A stretch of DNA of 64,000 nt from the NCBI GenBank assembly GCA_963723045.1, contig CAVROU010000001.1:45216-109215 (forward strand). Reading direction: 5' to 3'. The translations under genes and the position numbers were made by a program. This DNA comes from an uncultured Solirubrobacterales bacterium (lineage in GTDB: Bacteria; Actinomycetota; Thermoleophilia; Solirubrobacterales; Solirubrobacteraceae). Of the stretch, positions 1 to 8,754 are shown one piece after another; position 1 is the stretch's first letter, and each line of letters starts with the position of its first letter. The notes under the pieces are model-generated. The model worked only from the letters and a program-made list of their open reading frames with translations. It had not been told where the DNA came from and did no database searches.

Positions 1-675
1 GAACGCGTTATCGGTCATCAGCCGCTCGGTGACGATCCCGTGCTCCAGGAACCAGTCCAGTGCGCGGCGGGTGAACGCGGTCACGGTCGGGGCTTTCTCG
101 TCGTTGTGGATCTCCGAGTACGCCAGGCGTGAACAGTCATCGATGATCGAGTGCACGTACTCCCAGCCGACGCGGCGGGAGCGCCGGGTGCGATCCCCTG
201 TCAGCGCGTGCCCGGGCTCGGTGAACTTCCCGAGCTTCTTGACGTCCATATGCAGCAGGTTCCCGGGGCACGGCCACTCGTAGCGCACGACCCCAGGGCG
301 CTCGGATGGCTCCCGCCGCGAGCAGCCCCCGCGTCGCAGGACCTGGTGGACGGTCGAGTGGGGTCGCCCGATCAGCATCGCGATCGTCCTGGGACTCCAG
401 CCCGTCCGCTGCCGCAACTCACAGATGCGCTGCTCCTCATCGACAGGGCACCGAGAGGGAGAACGGCGAGGGCGGCTGGAGCGCTCCGTCAGGCACGCCA
501 GCGACTCACGCTCAGCAGGGGTCGCTGCACGCCAGCGGCGTACCCACTCCCACACCGTGGACTTCGACACGTTCCCCCACGCTCCAGCCTGCGCGAAGGA
601 CATCCCGTCATCAACGACACGACGAACGACCATCTCCCGCCCACGCGGAGTCATGCGGGCTCTATGGTGCGGCAT
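1..675 (-). CDS. IS481-family transposase (5' part; continues beyond the window)
   Basis: Same sequence as CDS 6689-7645, inverted; ATG at 675. Confidence 0.92.
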   Translation of the reverse strand, partial: MPHHRARMTPRGREMVVRRVVDDGMSFAQAGAWGNVSKSTVWEWVRRWRAATPAERESLACLTERSSRPRRSPSRCPVDEEQRICELRQRTGWSPRTIAMLIGRPHSTVHQVLRRGGCSRREPSERPGVVRYEWPCPGNLLHMDVKKLGKFTEPGHALTGDRTRRSRRVGWEYVHSIIDDCSRLAYSEIHNDEKAPTVTAFTRRALDWFLEHGIVTERLMTDNAF

Positions 676-773
676 TCCGGGCCTCCCTTGAGGTGGTGAG
701 CTTTGACACCCACAGCCTCTCGGTAGGCCCGGACCTACCTACACCCCGTTCTGAACGTCACCGGGCACAACAG
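1..773 (-). mobile_element. IS481-family insertion sequence, copy 1 (truncated by the window edge)
   Basis: Reverse complement of 6591-7363; left IR TGTTGTGCCCGGTGACGT at 755-772, next to CTAG at 774-777. Confidence 0.93.
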
Positions 774-1231
774 CTAGTGGCCGCGAGCAGCGCAAGGGCC
801 TACGCCCACGCGATGCGGCAATCCTGATCGTATGCGTGTGGTTTCTCGCCATCGTGGTCTTCGGGGTCGCCGAGCATCTCGTGGAGCCAAAGACCTTTCC
901 GACCGTCTGGCTCGGGATGTGGTGGGCACTTGAGAGCGTCACCACCGTCGGCTATGGGGATGTCGTGCCGGCAGGTACTGCTGGGCGCATCATCGCGTCC
1001 TTTCTGCTCCTCGGCGGACTGGCGTTCCTCACCGTGATTATCGCCATGATCACTAGCGGATTCGTCGCGCGAAATCACCGTCAGGCCAGCGCCGCCCATG
1101 AAGATCGCCTCGTCCAACGCATAGAGCAACTCAGCCTAGAGCTCAAGGAGGTACACGCCGAAGTCCAAGGCCTGCGCCCCACAGGCAACAGCAACGAGAC
1201 GGGATCGCCGACGCAGACCAGGCAGCACTGA
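773..1231 (+). CDS. Potassium channel family protein (2-TM, KcsA-like), 5' end probably disrupted by IS481
   Basis: Selectivity filter TTVGYGD and two TM helices; frame stays open upstream of GTG 836 to the IS junction. Confidence 0.85.
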   Translation, partial: ASGREQRKGLRPRDAAILIVCVWFLAIVVFGVAEHLVEPKTFPTVWLGMWWALESVTTVGYGDVVPAGTAGRIIASFLLLGGLAFLTVIIAMITSGFVARNHRQASAAHEDRLVQRIEQLSLELKEVHAEVQGLRPTGNSNETGSPTQTRQH

Positions 1232-1749
1232 AGCGCACGAACCGCATGCCCCCCCTGCCCTGGGCGTGTCGCGCCCGGTGGTGTGCGGCCGGCAGCCGGC
1301 CTTCGGGTTCCGGCCCCGGGGGTCGCTCAGGTCGGGGGCGAGTCCGGCAGATCGCGCGCGGGCCCGGCTGGCGGAGCGGGCCACGTGCCGCGACCGAGGC
1401 GCCGGCAGCTGCTGTTGTGGAGCGGGACCATGGACCTCAGCCAGCTACAGGCATCCAGAGGGCAGCCCACGTCGAGGGTGTCTCGCTGGCCGACGACCGC
1501 CTCAAAAGGGGATCGAAGAGATCCGTACAGCAATCGCCAGGCTGCAGGACCAGCGACCCGCGCCGCAACCGCGCGGTCGAGCGCGCCTGCGTCGCGTGAG
1601 TCGTTCCGCATCTGCGCTTTTTGGCAGGTGGGGGCGAGGGCCGCGGTGTCCCTCGCCCGACCTCCTGCCAACCTTCGATGCGACCGGGTCATCTGTGGGG
1701 ATGAGTGCGGTTCGCGCGCCCGATCCTAGCATCTATTTCCATCATCTGG

Positions 1750-1771
1750 CGTTGATGCTAGCTCGTCAATG
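1750..1771. promoter_or_regulatory. Putative operator upstream of XRE gene 1
   Basis: Reverse complement CATTGACGAGCTAGCATCAACG matches the palindrome at 2142-2163 at 16/22 positions. Confidence 0.5.
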
Positions 1772-1817
1772 AGCTAACGCCTTGCTTAGACCGTTGACGC
1801 CGGGCAGTCTGTGAGAG

Positions 1818-2045
1818 GTGTCATACGCTCCCGATCCGGCCCTCGGCCACGTCCTGCGCGAGCTACGCGGCGAGCGCTCGCAGGAAGACGTGGGCTACCA
1901 CGCGGGCGTCACAGCCGCGACGGTGGGTCGCATGGAGCTGGCGAAGTCGAAGCCGGACTGGGCCTCAGTCCGCTCGGTCGTGGACGCGCTGGGCGTGCGG
2001 CTGGTCGATGTGGTGGCGGCCATCGAAGCCGCCGAAAGCAAGTAG
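1818..2045 (+). CDS. XRE-family helix-turn-helix regulator
   Basis: LRELRGERSQEDVGYHAGVTAATVGRMELAKSKP is a typical HTH_3 pattern. Confidence 0.88.
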   Translation: MSYAPDPALGHVLRELRGERSQEDVGYHAGVTAATVGRMELAKSKPDWASVRSVVDALGVRLVDVVAAIEAAESK

Positions 2046-2046
2046 A

Positions 2047-2081
2047 CGGCCTCCCGTCCGGCAGACCGCAACGGGAGGCCG
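2047..2081 (+). terminator. Stem-loop after XRE gene 1
   Basis: CGGCCTCCCGT ... ACGGGAGGCCG inverted repeat right after the stop; no U-tract. Confidence 0.5.
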
Positions 2082-2141
2082 CGCGCGCCAGGGCGATACC
2101 GGAGCGCTTCGCGCGCCAGCCTACCACGCCTGTCGCTACAG

Positions 2142-2163
2142 CATCAACGAGCTAGCGTTGATG
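2142..2163. promoter_or_regulatory. Palindromic putative operator upstream of XRE gene 2
   Basis: CATCAACG-AGCTAG-CGTTGATG, perfect 8-bp arms. Confidence 0.55.
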
Positions 2164-2198
2164 ACGCAGGCCCTAGACTTGATCGTTGATGTCGTGGA

Positions 2199-2441
2199 GT
2201 GTTCCCAGCTATGGCCGGGCAAGGCGATAGGGCTCTGGGAGAGGTACTGCGCCGAGCACGCAAGGCGAGAGGCGAAAGCCAGGAAGCCGTCGGCTTCCGT
2301 GCCGGGTTGACCGGCGGCACCGTGAGCCGGATCGAGCGCGGCTCGCGCGTCGAGTGGGAGACTGTCCGTGCCATCGCGCGGGCGCTGGACCTTCGACTGA
2401 GCGACCTCGGCCACGAGATCGAAAAGATCGAGCGCAGCTAA
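2199..2441 (+). CDS. XRE-family helix-turn-helix regulator (start may be ATG 2211)
   Basis: LRRARKARGESQEAVGFRAGLTGGTVSRIERG; similar to 1818-2045. Confidence 0.88.
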   Translation: MFPAMAGQGDRALGEVLRRARKARGESQEAVGFRAGLTGGTVSRIERGSRVEWETVRAIARALDLRLSDLGHEIEKIERS

Positions 2442-2445
2442 CGCA

Positions 2446-2476
2446 CAACAGCCCGGCGGGTTAGGTCGGGCTGTTG
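2446..2476 (+). terminator. Stem-loop after XRE gene 2
   Basis: CAACAGCCCG ... CGGGCTGTTG inverted repeat. Confidence 0.5.
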
Positions 2477-2669
2477 CGCTCGCGAACCCGATGCAGGTGC
2501 GCGCCACGATCCCTGCGACATCCGATACACCCGGCATGACGCAGCGGCTGATCGTTCTGCTGCTCCTCAGCCAGGCCAGGTGCTCGGGTCGTCAACGTCG
2601 ATCGCGAGAGTACTCATGTGATGGCGGTGAGCAAGGGCAATGATCCGCGCGAAGGTGCGATCCCAGGTC

Positions 2670-3890
2670 TCAGGTGGCAGTCCGATCGGGCTCCTCTGCG
2701 CCCAACCGCTCGGGATTGACGATGACCGCCATGGCGCTGAGGCGGCTCTTGCAGCCGGCGACCGTAGCGAGGCCGAGCCAGCGACGAAGGTTCGATTTTT
2801 CCGTCCGCATTACGCCATGATTGCCCAGGCGCTCGCTGGTAAGGGATGCAGGCTCGGCAGGCGCGGCGTGCAGGGAGACCGCGAAGTCTTGGCCGAACAC
2901 CAGCGTCATGTCGTGCGGCTTGCCGTCGCGTCGTGTCTTGCGTAACATCGTTCGCAGTCCGCTGGCGACTCGCTCACGCCCGCTCTTGTCCATCTCGAGG
3001 ACCATCAGTTGGGCTCTATCCGGCCCGACATACCTGTGGCCTCGATGTCATCTAGGAGTTGGCGAGTGGCATTGTTGATGCGTTGGCGTGGCTTGCGTGC
3101 TGGCTTGCGCATGTCCTGCTCGCCAAACCACCATTCATCAAGTGGATCAGTGTGGTTTCCTAGCTCGAGATGGGTGCCGTCGACTTCCTCGTCCTTCCAG
3201 TGGAGTCCGTCCTGCAGATAGCGCATGAAGAAGTCCATCTCGTCCATTGCCCAGATGCGGTGACGGTTGGCTCGTGCGCGGCGCACGATGTAGTGAACGA
3301 GCTGCGCGGGGCGCTCCACTAGCTGGCAGATGAGCTCAAGCTCGTGGATTCCGACTACCCACGGCGCCTGCTCATCGGCCGGTAGCAACCCTGCCTCTTG
3401 CAGCCGCCACGTCGCCGGTGCGACGGCCGAGAGGTCCTCAAGAGTCACGGCGACGCGGAGGACTCGCGTGATGCTCTCGGTGTCGAGCCTGATCGGCTTG
3501 CCGCTGCTGTCAGTGATCTTGGTGGCCTTGCCTTCAACCAGCGCTTGCTTATCGCGGTCGAGCTGACGGGCGGCGGTCTCGACCAGGTCCCGTAGGCCGC
3601 GCTCCAGCCGGTCGGGCGCCGTGCGCCGCGCGCTTGGGGCAAGTGCGCCGGCCTTCGTCTCTACCAGCACGATCAGGCTGTCAGAGCGAATCACGCTATC
3701 CGCCTCGCCGTCCTGCTCCGTGCCGTCCTCTTCGAGCATGGTGTATTTGATCGAGCCGTGGGCCCAGTTAGCTCGCAGAGCAGCGGACAGGGCAGTAAGA
3801 GCGCGGTCCTCGATCAGGCGAGCACGATGCGCCTGGAAGCGCTCCCAGGCCTTCGGGTCTTTCTTGAGTCCGTCGGTCAGTCGGTTGCGC
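2670..3890 (-). pseudogene. 5'-truncated, frameshifted PD-(D/E)xK/NERD-like nuclease-domain protein
   Basis: Motif GEADSVIRSDSLIVLVETKAG; frame open upstream of 3739 to ~3890 with no start; 1-bp shift near 3014 joins ORFs 3005-3739 and 2670-3005. Confidence 0.6.
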
Positions 3891-3894
3891 TACT

Positions 3895-4100
3895 GCCGAT
3901 GCGCACACGCGCCGGGACGTCCGCGAGCTCGCGCCGCGTCGCCGCCTCATCCACCCACTGCCACAACCGCAATCGCAGTCATCCCGCTCATGCAGATCCA
4001 CAAGTCGGTGCTTGCCATAGGCGTTGAAACGCAGCCTGAACACACGGGACCCATCGACCAGCGTACGTATGTCAATCGAGCCCGAGTTCACGCGAGGCAT
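3895..4100 (-). pseudogene. Tyrosine integrase N-terminal fragment
   Basis: MPRVNSGSIDIRTLVDGSRVFRLRFNAYGKHRLVDL...GW resembles arm-binding N-termini of actinobacterial integrases (compare 34246-35481); no catalytic domain follows. Confidence 0.5.
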
Positions 4101-4261
4101 GCTGACCCACTCCATCCTGCAGCATCAAGCAAACAGACCCATCCTAGTCTTCTGCACCTCGGAGCAGGCGGAATCGAGTCTCGCGCTTTGTTCGAAGTCG
4201 CTTCGCGGCACCGATCGTCGCCCGTTGTTTCGTCCGCACGCTGAGGTAGTGTTGGCGTAGG

Positions 4262-5104
4262 ATGGCTGTAGTGGTTCCCTGCCCCGCTTCGCGGGTGGTG
4301 TCTCCGTTGCGCTGGGCTGGCGGCAAGCGCTGGCTGCTGCCCACTATCAGGATGCTTGTAGGAAGCCAGCAGTTCTCGGCCTACCACGAGCCGTTCCTCG
4401 GCGGCGCTTCGGTCTTCCTTGGCCTAGCGCAGTTCGGCAGAGCATACCTACGGGACTCGAACGCTGAGCTGATCGCCACTTATCGCGCCATCCGTGATCA
4501 CCATGCCAGGATCGCCGAGCGGGTTCAACTTTACGGAAACGATCCGGATACATACTATGCGGTCCGGGCTTCGGTGCCGCAAGATAAGGTTGAGCGGGCA
4601 GCGCGATTCCTGTACCTTAACCACACATCGTTCAACGGGATCTATCGCGTGAACCTCGACGGTATCTACAATGTGCCGTTTGGCAGTCGCCCGTCGCCAC
4701 AGATACCGACTGTCGAGCACCTACGCGATGTCGCCAAGCGGCTTAGTCAAGCAAAGCTCGAGAAGGGCGACTTCGCCAAGTGTCTCAAGCACGTCCATAA
4801 GGGTGATCTCGTCTTCCTTGATCCGCCCTACACGGTTGCCCACAACCACAATGGTTTCATAAAGTACAACCAGCGCCTCTTCTCATTCGATGATCAGAAG
4901 CGACTAAAGGAACTCGTCGAGAAGATCAAAGAACGCAGTGCCTACTACATCCTCGCCAACGCAGCCCATGAATCGATCGCGAACTTGTTCGACAACGGCG
5001 ACACGCTAATCGAGACGAGTCGCCGCAATTCGATCGGCGGCATTAATGCAGTTCGAGGTAGCGCGACGGAGTATCTGTTCACGAACCTGGAGCTACCTCG
5101 ATGA
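4262..5104 (+). CDS. Dam/D12-class DNA adenine N6-methyltransferase
   Basis: LRWAGGKRWL, YHEPFLGGASVF (motif I), FNGIYRVN..G.YNVPFG and catalytic FLDPPY. Confidence 0.95.
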   Translation: MAVVVPCPASRVVSPLRWAGGKRWLLPTIRMLVGSQQFSAYHEPFLGGASVFLGLAQFGRAYLRDSNAELIATYRAIRDHHARIAERVQLYGNDPDTYYAVRASVPQDKVERAARFLYLNHTSFNGIYRVNLDGIYNVPFGSRPSPQIPTVEHLRDVAKRLSQAKLEKGDFAKCLKHVHKGDLVFLDPPYTVAHNHNGFIKYNQRLFSFDDQKRLKELVEKIKERSAYYILANAAHESIANLFDNGDTLIETSRRNSIGGINAVRGSATEYLFTNLELPR

Positions 5105-6590
5105 TGGCGAATCTGGCGAGCACGACGCCGCCTGGGGAGGCGATCCGCGATCACTTGATTCCCGTGAAAAAGATCCAAGCTGAGACTCGCCGGCGGCTGG
5201 CCACGCACATCTTTGAGACGATCGCCAAGGGTAAGGTCGAAGAATACGAACAGGACGGTTGGGTCGTCGATAGGGAGCTCAAGACCCGCACGCGGATGCG
5301 CCGAGAGAAGTCGCATGAAAGTGCTTTCGAGGACCGGGTCTGGGCCGCATTCGCCCGTCTGCGTTTCACCCATCTCAACCGCGATCGTGCGTTCGAACTG
5401 CGGTACAGATCCGCCACGAACCAGGCTCAACGTGTCGACATCTTCGCGGCCGATGATGAGGCAGCGCTTGTCATCCAGTGTAGGTCGACGGAGAAGATCC
5501 GCCCCGGGCAGTTCAAGAAGGAGAGCGAGGCGATTGCCAGTCACAAGGCCGGGATTATCAAGCGGATCCATGAAGAGTACCCGCAGCACAAGGTCAAATT
5601 CATCCTGGCCACCAATAACTTCACGCTGTCGGAGGACACCAGAGATCGGCTCGCTTCCGAAGATATTTTCCATATCTCCGAGGACACGGTCGACTACTAC
5701 CTCACGCTCGCAGATCACCTAGGTGCTGCCGCGAAGTATCAGTTGCTTGGCGCGCTCTTTGCCGAGCAAAAGATCCCGAACCTTCGAGCCTGCTGTACCG
5801 GCGATACGTGGCTCGATGGGCGGCCACCCCTACTATTCGTTCTCGATCGAGCCGGCACGGCTTCTGAAGATGGCCTACGTGCTTCACCGTAATCAGGCCA
5901 ACAGCGAGCTGATGCCGACCTACCAACGTCTCATCAAGAAGTCGCGTCTGAAGAACGTCGCACGGTTCGTGGGAGAAGGTGGGTTTTTTCCGAACTCGAT
6001 CATCCTCAATATCGAGACCAAGAAGAAAAATGGCTACCTGCAGTTCGACCTTGCGAACAAGGACAGCAAGACTCCAGGCGGAGCCAAGATCGGGCTCCTT
6101 CACCTCCCGCAGACCTACAGGGCCGCGTATGTTATCGACGGTCAACACCGGCTTTACGGCTACGCGAACTCGGACCGTGCAGAGACCGATCTGATTCCCG
6201 TGGTGGCCTTCGTTGATCTTGCTAGAGCAGATCAAATGAAGGTCTTTATGCAGATCAACGAGAACCAGCAGGCGGTCCCGAAGAACCTGCGTAACACGCT
6301 GAACTCTGATCTGCTCTGGGCGTCCGATGATTACAGTGAGCGTGCCCGAGCACTGCGCCTGCGGATCGCGCAGCACCTAGGTGAGCAGAAGACTTCGCCG
6401 CTGTACGACAGGGTGATCATCGGCGAGAACCAACGGACGCACCTTCGGTGTATCACGATCGAGGCGATCAGCAACGGCTTGATGCGTGGAAACTTCGTTG
6501 GCACCTTTACAAAGACGGGCGCCAAGACGCAGGGCACGTTCTACGCTGGCGACAATCAGCCGACGGCCAAGCGCTTGATTCCCTTCCTAG

Positions 6591-7641
6591 CTGTTGTGCC
6601 CGGTGACGTTCAGAACGGGGTGTAGGTAGGTCCGGGCCTACCGAGAGGCTGTGGGTGTCAAAGCTCACCACCTCAAGGGAGGCCCGGAATGCCGCACCAT
6701 AGAGCCCGCATGACTCCGCGTGGGCGGGAGATGGTCGTTCGTCGTGTCGTTGATGACGGGATGTCCTTCGCGCAGGCTGGAGCGTGGGGGAACGTGTCGA
6801 AGTCCACGGTGTGGGAGTGGGTACGCCGCTGGCGTGCAGCGACCCCTGCTGAGCGTGAGTCGCTGGCGTGCCTGACGGAGCGCTCCAGCCGCCCTCGCCG
6901 TTCTCCCTCTCGGTGCCCTGTCGATGAGGAGCAGCGCATCTGTGAGTTGCGGCAGCGGACGGGCTGGAGTCCCAGGACGATCGCGATGCTGATCGGGCGA
7001 CCCCACTCGACCGTCCACCAGGTCCTGCGACGCGGGGGCTGCTCGCGGCGGGAGCCATCCGAGCGCCCTGGGGTCGTGCGCTACGAGTGGCCGTGCCCCG
7101 GGAACCTGCTGCATATGGACGTCAAGAAGCTCGGGAAGTTCACCGAGCCCGGGCACGCGCTGACAGGGGATCGCACCCGGCGCTCCCGCCGCGTCGGCTG
7201 GGAGTACGTGCACTCGATCATCGATGACTGTTCACGCCTGGCGTACTCGGAGATCCACAACGACGAGAAAGCCCCGACCGTGACCGCGTTCACCCGCCGC
7301 GCACTGGACTGGTTCCTGGAGCACGGGATCGTCACCGAGCGGCTGATGACCGATAACGCGTTCACCTACATCCACAACAAGACGCTACGCGAGCTGCTGC
7401 ACCGCCGCCAGGTCCGCCATCTGCGCACCCGGCCGTACACGCCCCGCACCAACGGGAAAGTCGAGCGCTACCAGCAGACCCTGCAACGCGAGTGGGCCTA
7501 CGCCCTGCAATACGCCTCAAGCGACGCGCGCCACGCAGCACTGCCACACTGGGTCCGCCACTACAACGAGCAGCGCACCCACTCAGCGCTCGGCAACCGC
7601 CCACCCATCCACCGCGTTCGGGACGTCACCGGGCACAACAC
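6591..7641 (+). mobile_element. IS481-family insertion sequence, copy 2 (complete)
   Basis: 18-bp perfect terminal IRs at 6592-6609 and 7623-7640; CTAG duplicated at 6587-6590 and 7642-7645. Confidence 0.96.
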
Positions 7642-7645
7642 CTAG
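6689..7645 (+). CDS. IS481-family DDE transposase
   Basis: LHMDVKKLG, IDDCSR, LMTDNA, RPYTPRTNGKVERY, HYNEQRTHSAL. Confidence 0.96.
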   Translation: MPHHRARMTPRGREMVVRRVVDDGMSFAQAGAWGNVSKSTVWEWVRRWRAATPAERESLACLTERSSRPRRSPSRCPVDEEQRICELRQRTGWSPRTIAMLIGRPHSTVHQVLRRGGCSRREPSERPGVVRYEWPCPGNLLHMDVKKLGKFTEPGHALTGDRTRRSRRVGWEYVHSIIDDCSRLAYSEIHNDEKAPTVTAFTRRALDWFLEHGIVTERLMTDNAFTYIHNKTLRELLHRRQVRHLRTRPYTPRTNGKVERYQQTLQREWAYALQYASSDARHAALPHWVRHYNEQRTHSALGNRPPIHRVRDVTGHNT

Positions 7646-8754
7646 ATGAGGCATTCCGCTACTTGAGCGAATGTCTCCCGACGCAATTTTCCCTCGGCAG
7701 CTCCGATGGCGGTTTTGTCTTTATGAACAACGGTGTTGAGGCTTATCTCCGACTTCTCAGCGACATCGTCGATCACGTTAAGGAGCACGACAACATCGAT
7801 CCACTGACATCCTCGGCGGTAGAGGTGATTGGCGCGTGTCTATACTTCCTCGAACCGCTTATCGATCATCTCGAAGATCTCAGCTCCGAGGAAGGCGAGG
7901 AATACCGTAAGCTCTACGGATCCGGTGGCGGCCTCAGGTACTACCACAAGCTTCAGCAGGCGGTGTGTGACGCGCGACCTGAGTTTAAGCCCGCTGGCCT
8001 TGATGAGTGGCTGAAAGCTCAGGACAAGCAGTTCAACAGGGAGGCCCGAGAGATCGTCGGCGACATCGAGGGCTTCCTTAAGAAGGATATCAAGATGCGA
8101 CTTGAAGACGAGCACGGCGGTGAATGGGAACGCTTCGGTATTCCGTCGAAGGTCAGGCGCGATATTCTCGTCCGCGCCGCCGAAAAGAACGCAGACCTCC
8201 CGCCCGGCGAGCAGGTTGAGCCTTGGGACATGATGTATCTTATCCAGTACTACGAAATCCTGACCCAGAATCATGAGCGTTGGCGCAATCGGTTCGAGAA
8301 GCGGTACACGAAGCCAGGCGACGAGAAGAAGACGGGCGGCTGGAAGGAGCGCTCGTCGTGGATCCACAAACTGAATGAGATCCGCAACTCGGTCAGCCAC
8401 TCGCGCAGAATCGACGAGGACGCATTTGCTCTTCTCGTTGACCTACGGTCCTGGCTGCTACTAGGCGAGATAGACAACGAGCTATAGCAAACCCCGATCG
8501 CTGTACTGCATCACGCCGATAACGATCGGCGTGTCCCGTGATTCTGGCTCCCCCGTACAAAATTCGCGCAAAGCTGGCCGGGTGACTTCGGCTGTTGCCG
8601 TCGGACAACCGTCTGCTAGATGTGACTAAGCGGAGGGTGCAGGGGCGATCGGCGTACAGGCGCCCATCGCCAAGGATGCCCGAGCCGACGATAATCGCCG
8701 TCAGCCGCGCGCATCGAGGTATGTAGCCGGCGAGCCGCCCCCGCTGAGCTCGGT

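Larger units (their letters stand above)
5101..8487 (+). pseudogene. DGQHR (DndB/ParB-like) protein with N-terminal PD-(D/E)xK-like and C-terminal HEPN-like regions; split by IS481 and a 1-bp frameshift
   Basis: VIDGQHRLYGY and FMQINENQQAVPKNL; removing 6591-7645 restores IPFL-DEAFRYL; extra base at ~5784; ATGA overlap with the methylase stop. Confidence 0.88.

Noticed and set aside
151-827. ORFs 151-699, 306-827 and 425-691, and their mirror copies at 6507-7213
   Set aside because: Antisense shadows of the IS481 transposase
773-6590. Composite transposon that arrived as one unit
   Set aside because: Copy 2 has its own CTAG duplication inside a continuous gene, so it inserted independently
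5101-8487. Canonical dnd phosphorothioation operon
   Set aside because: No dndA/C/D/E homologs in the window; the partner is an adenine methylase
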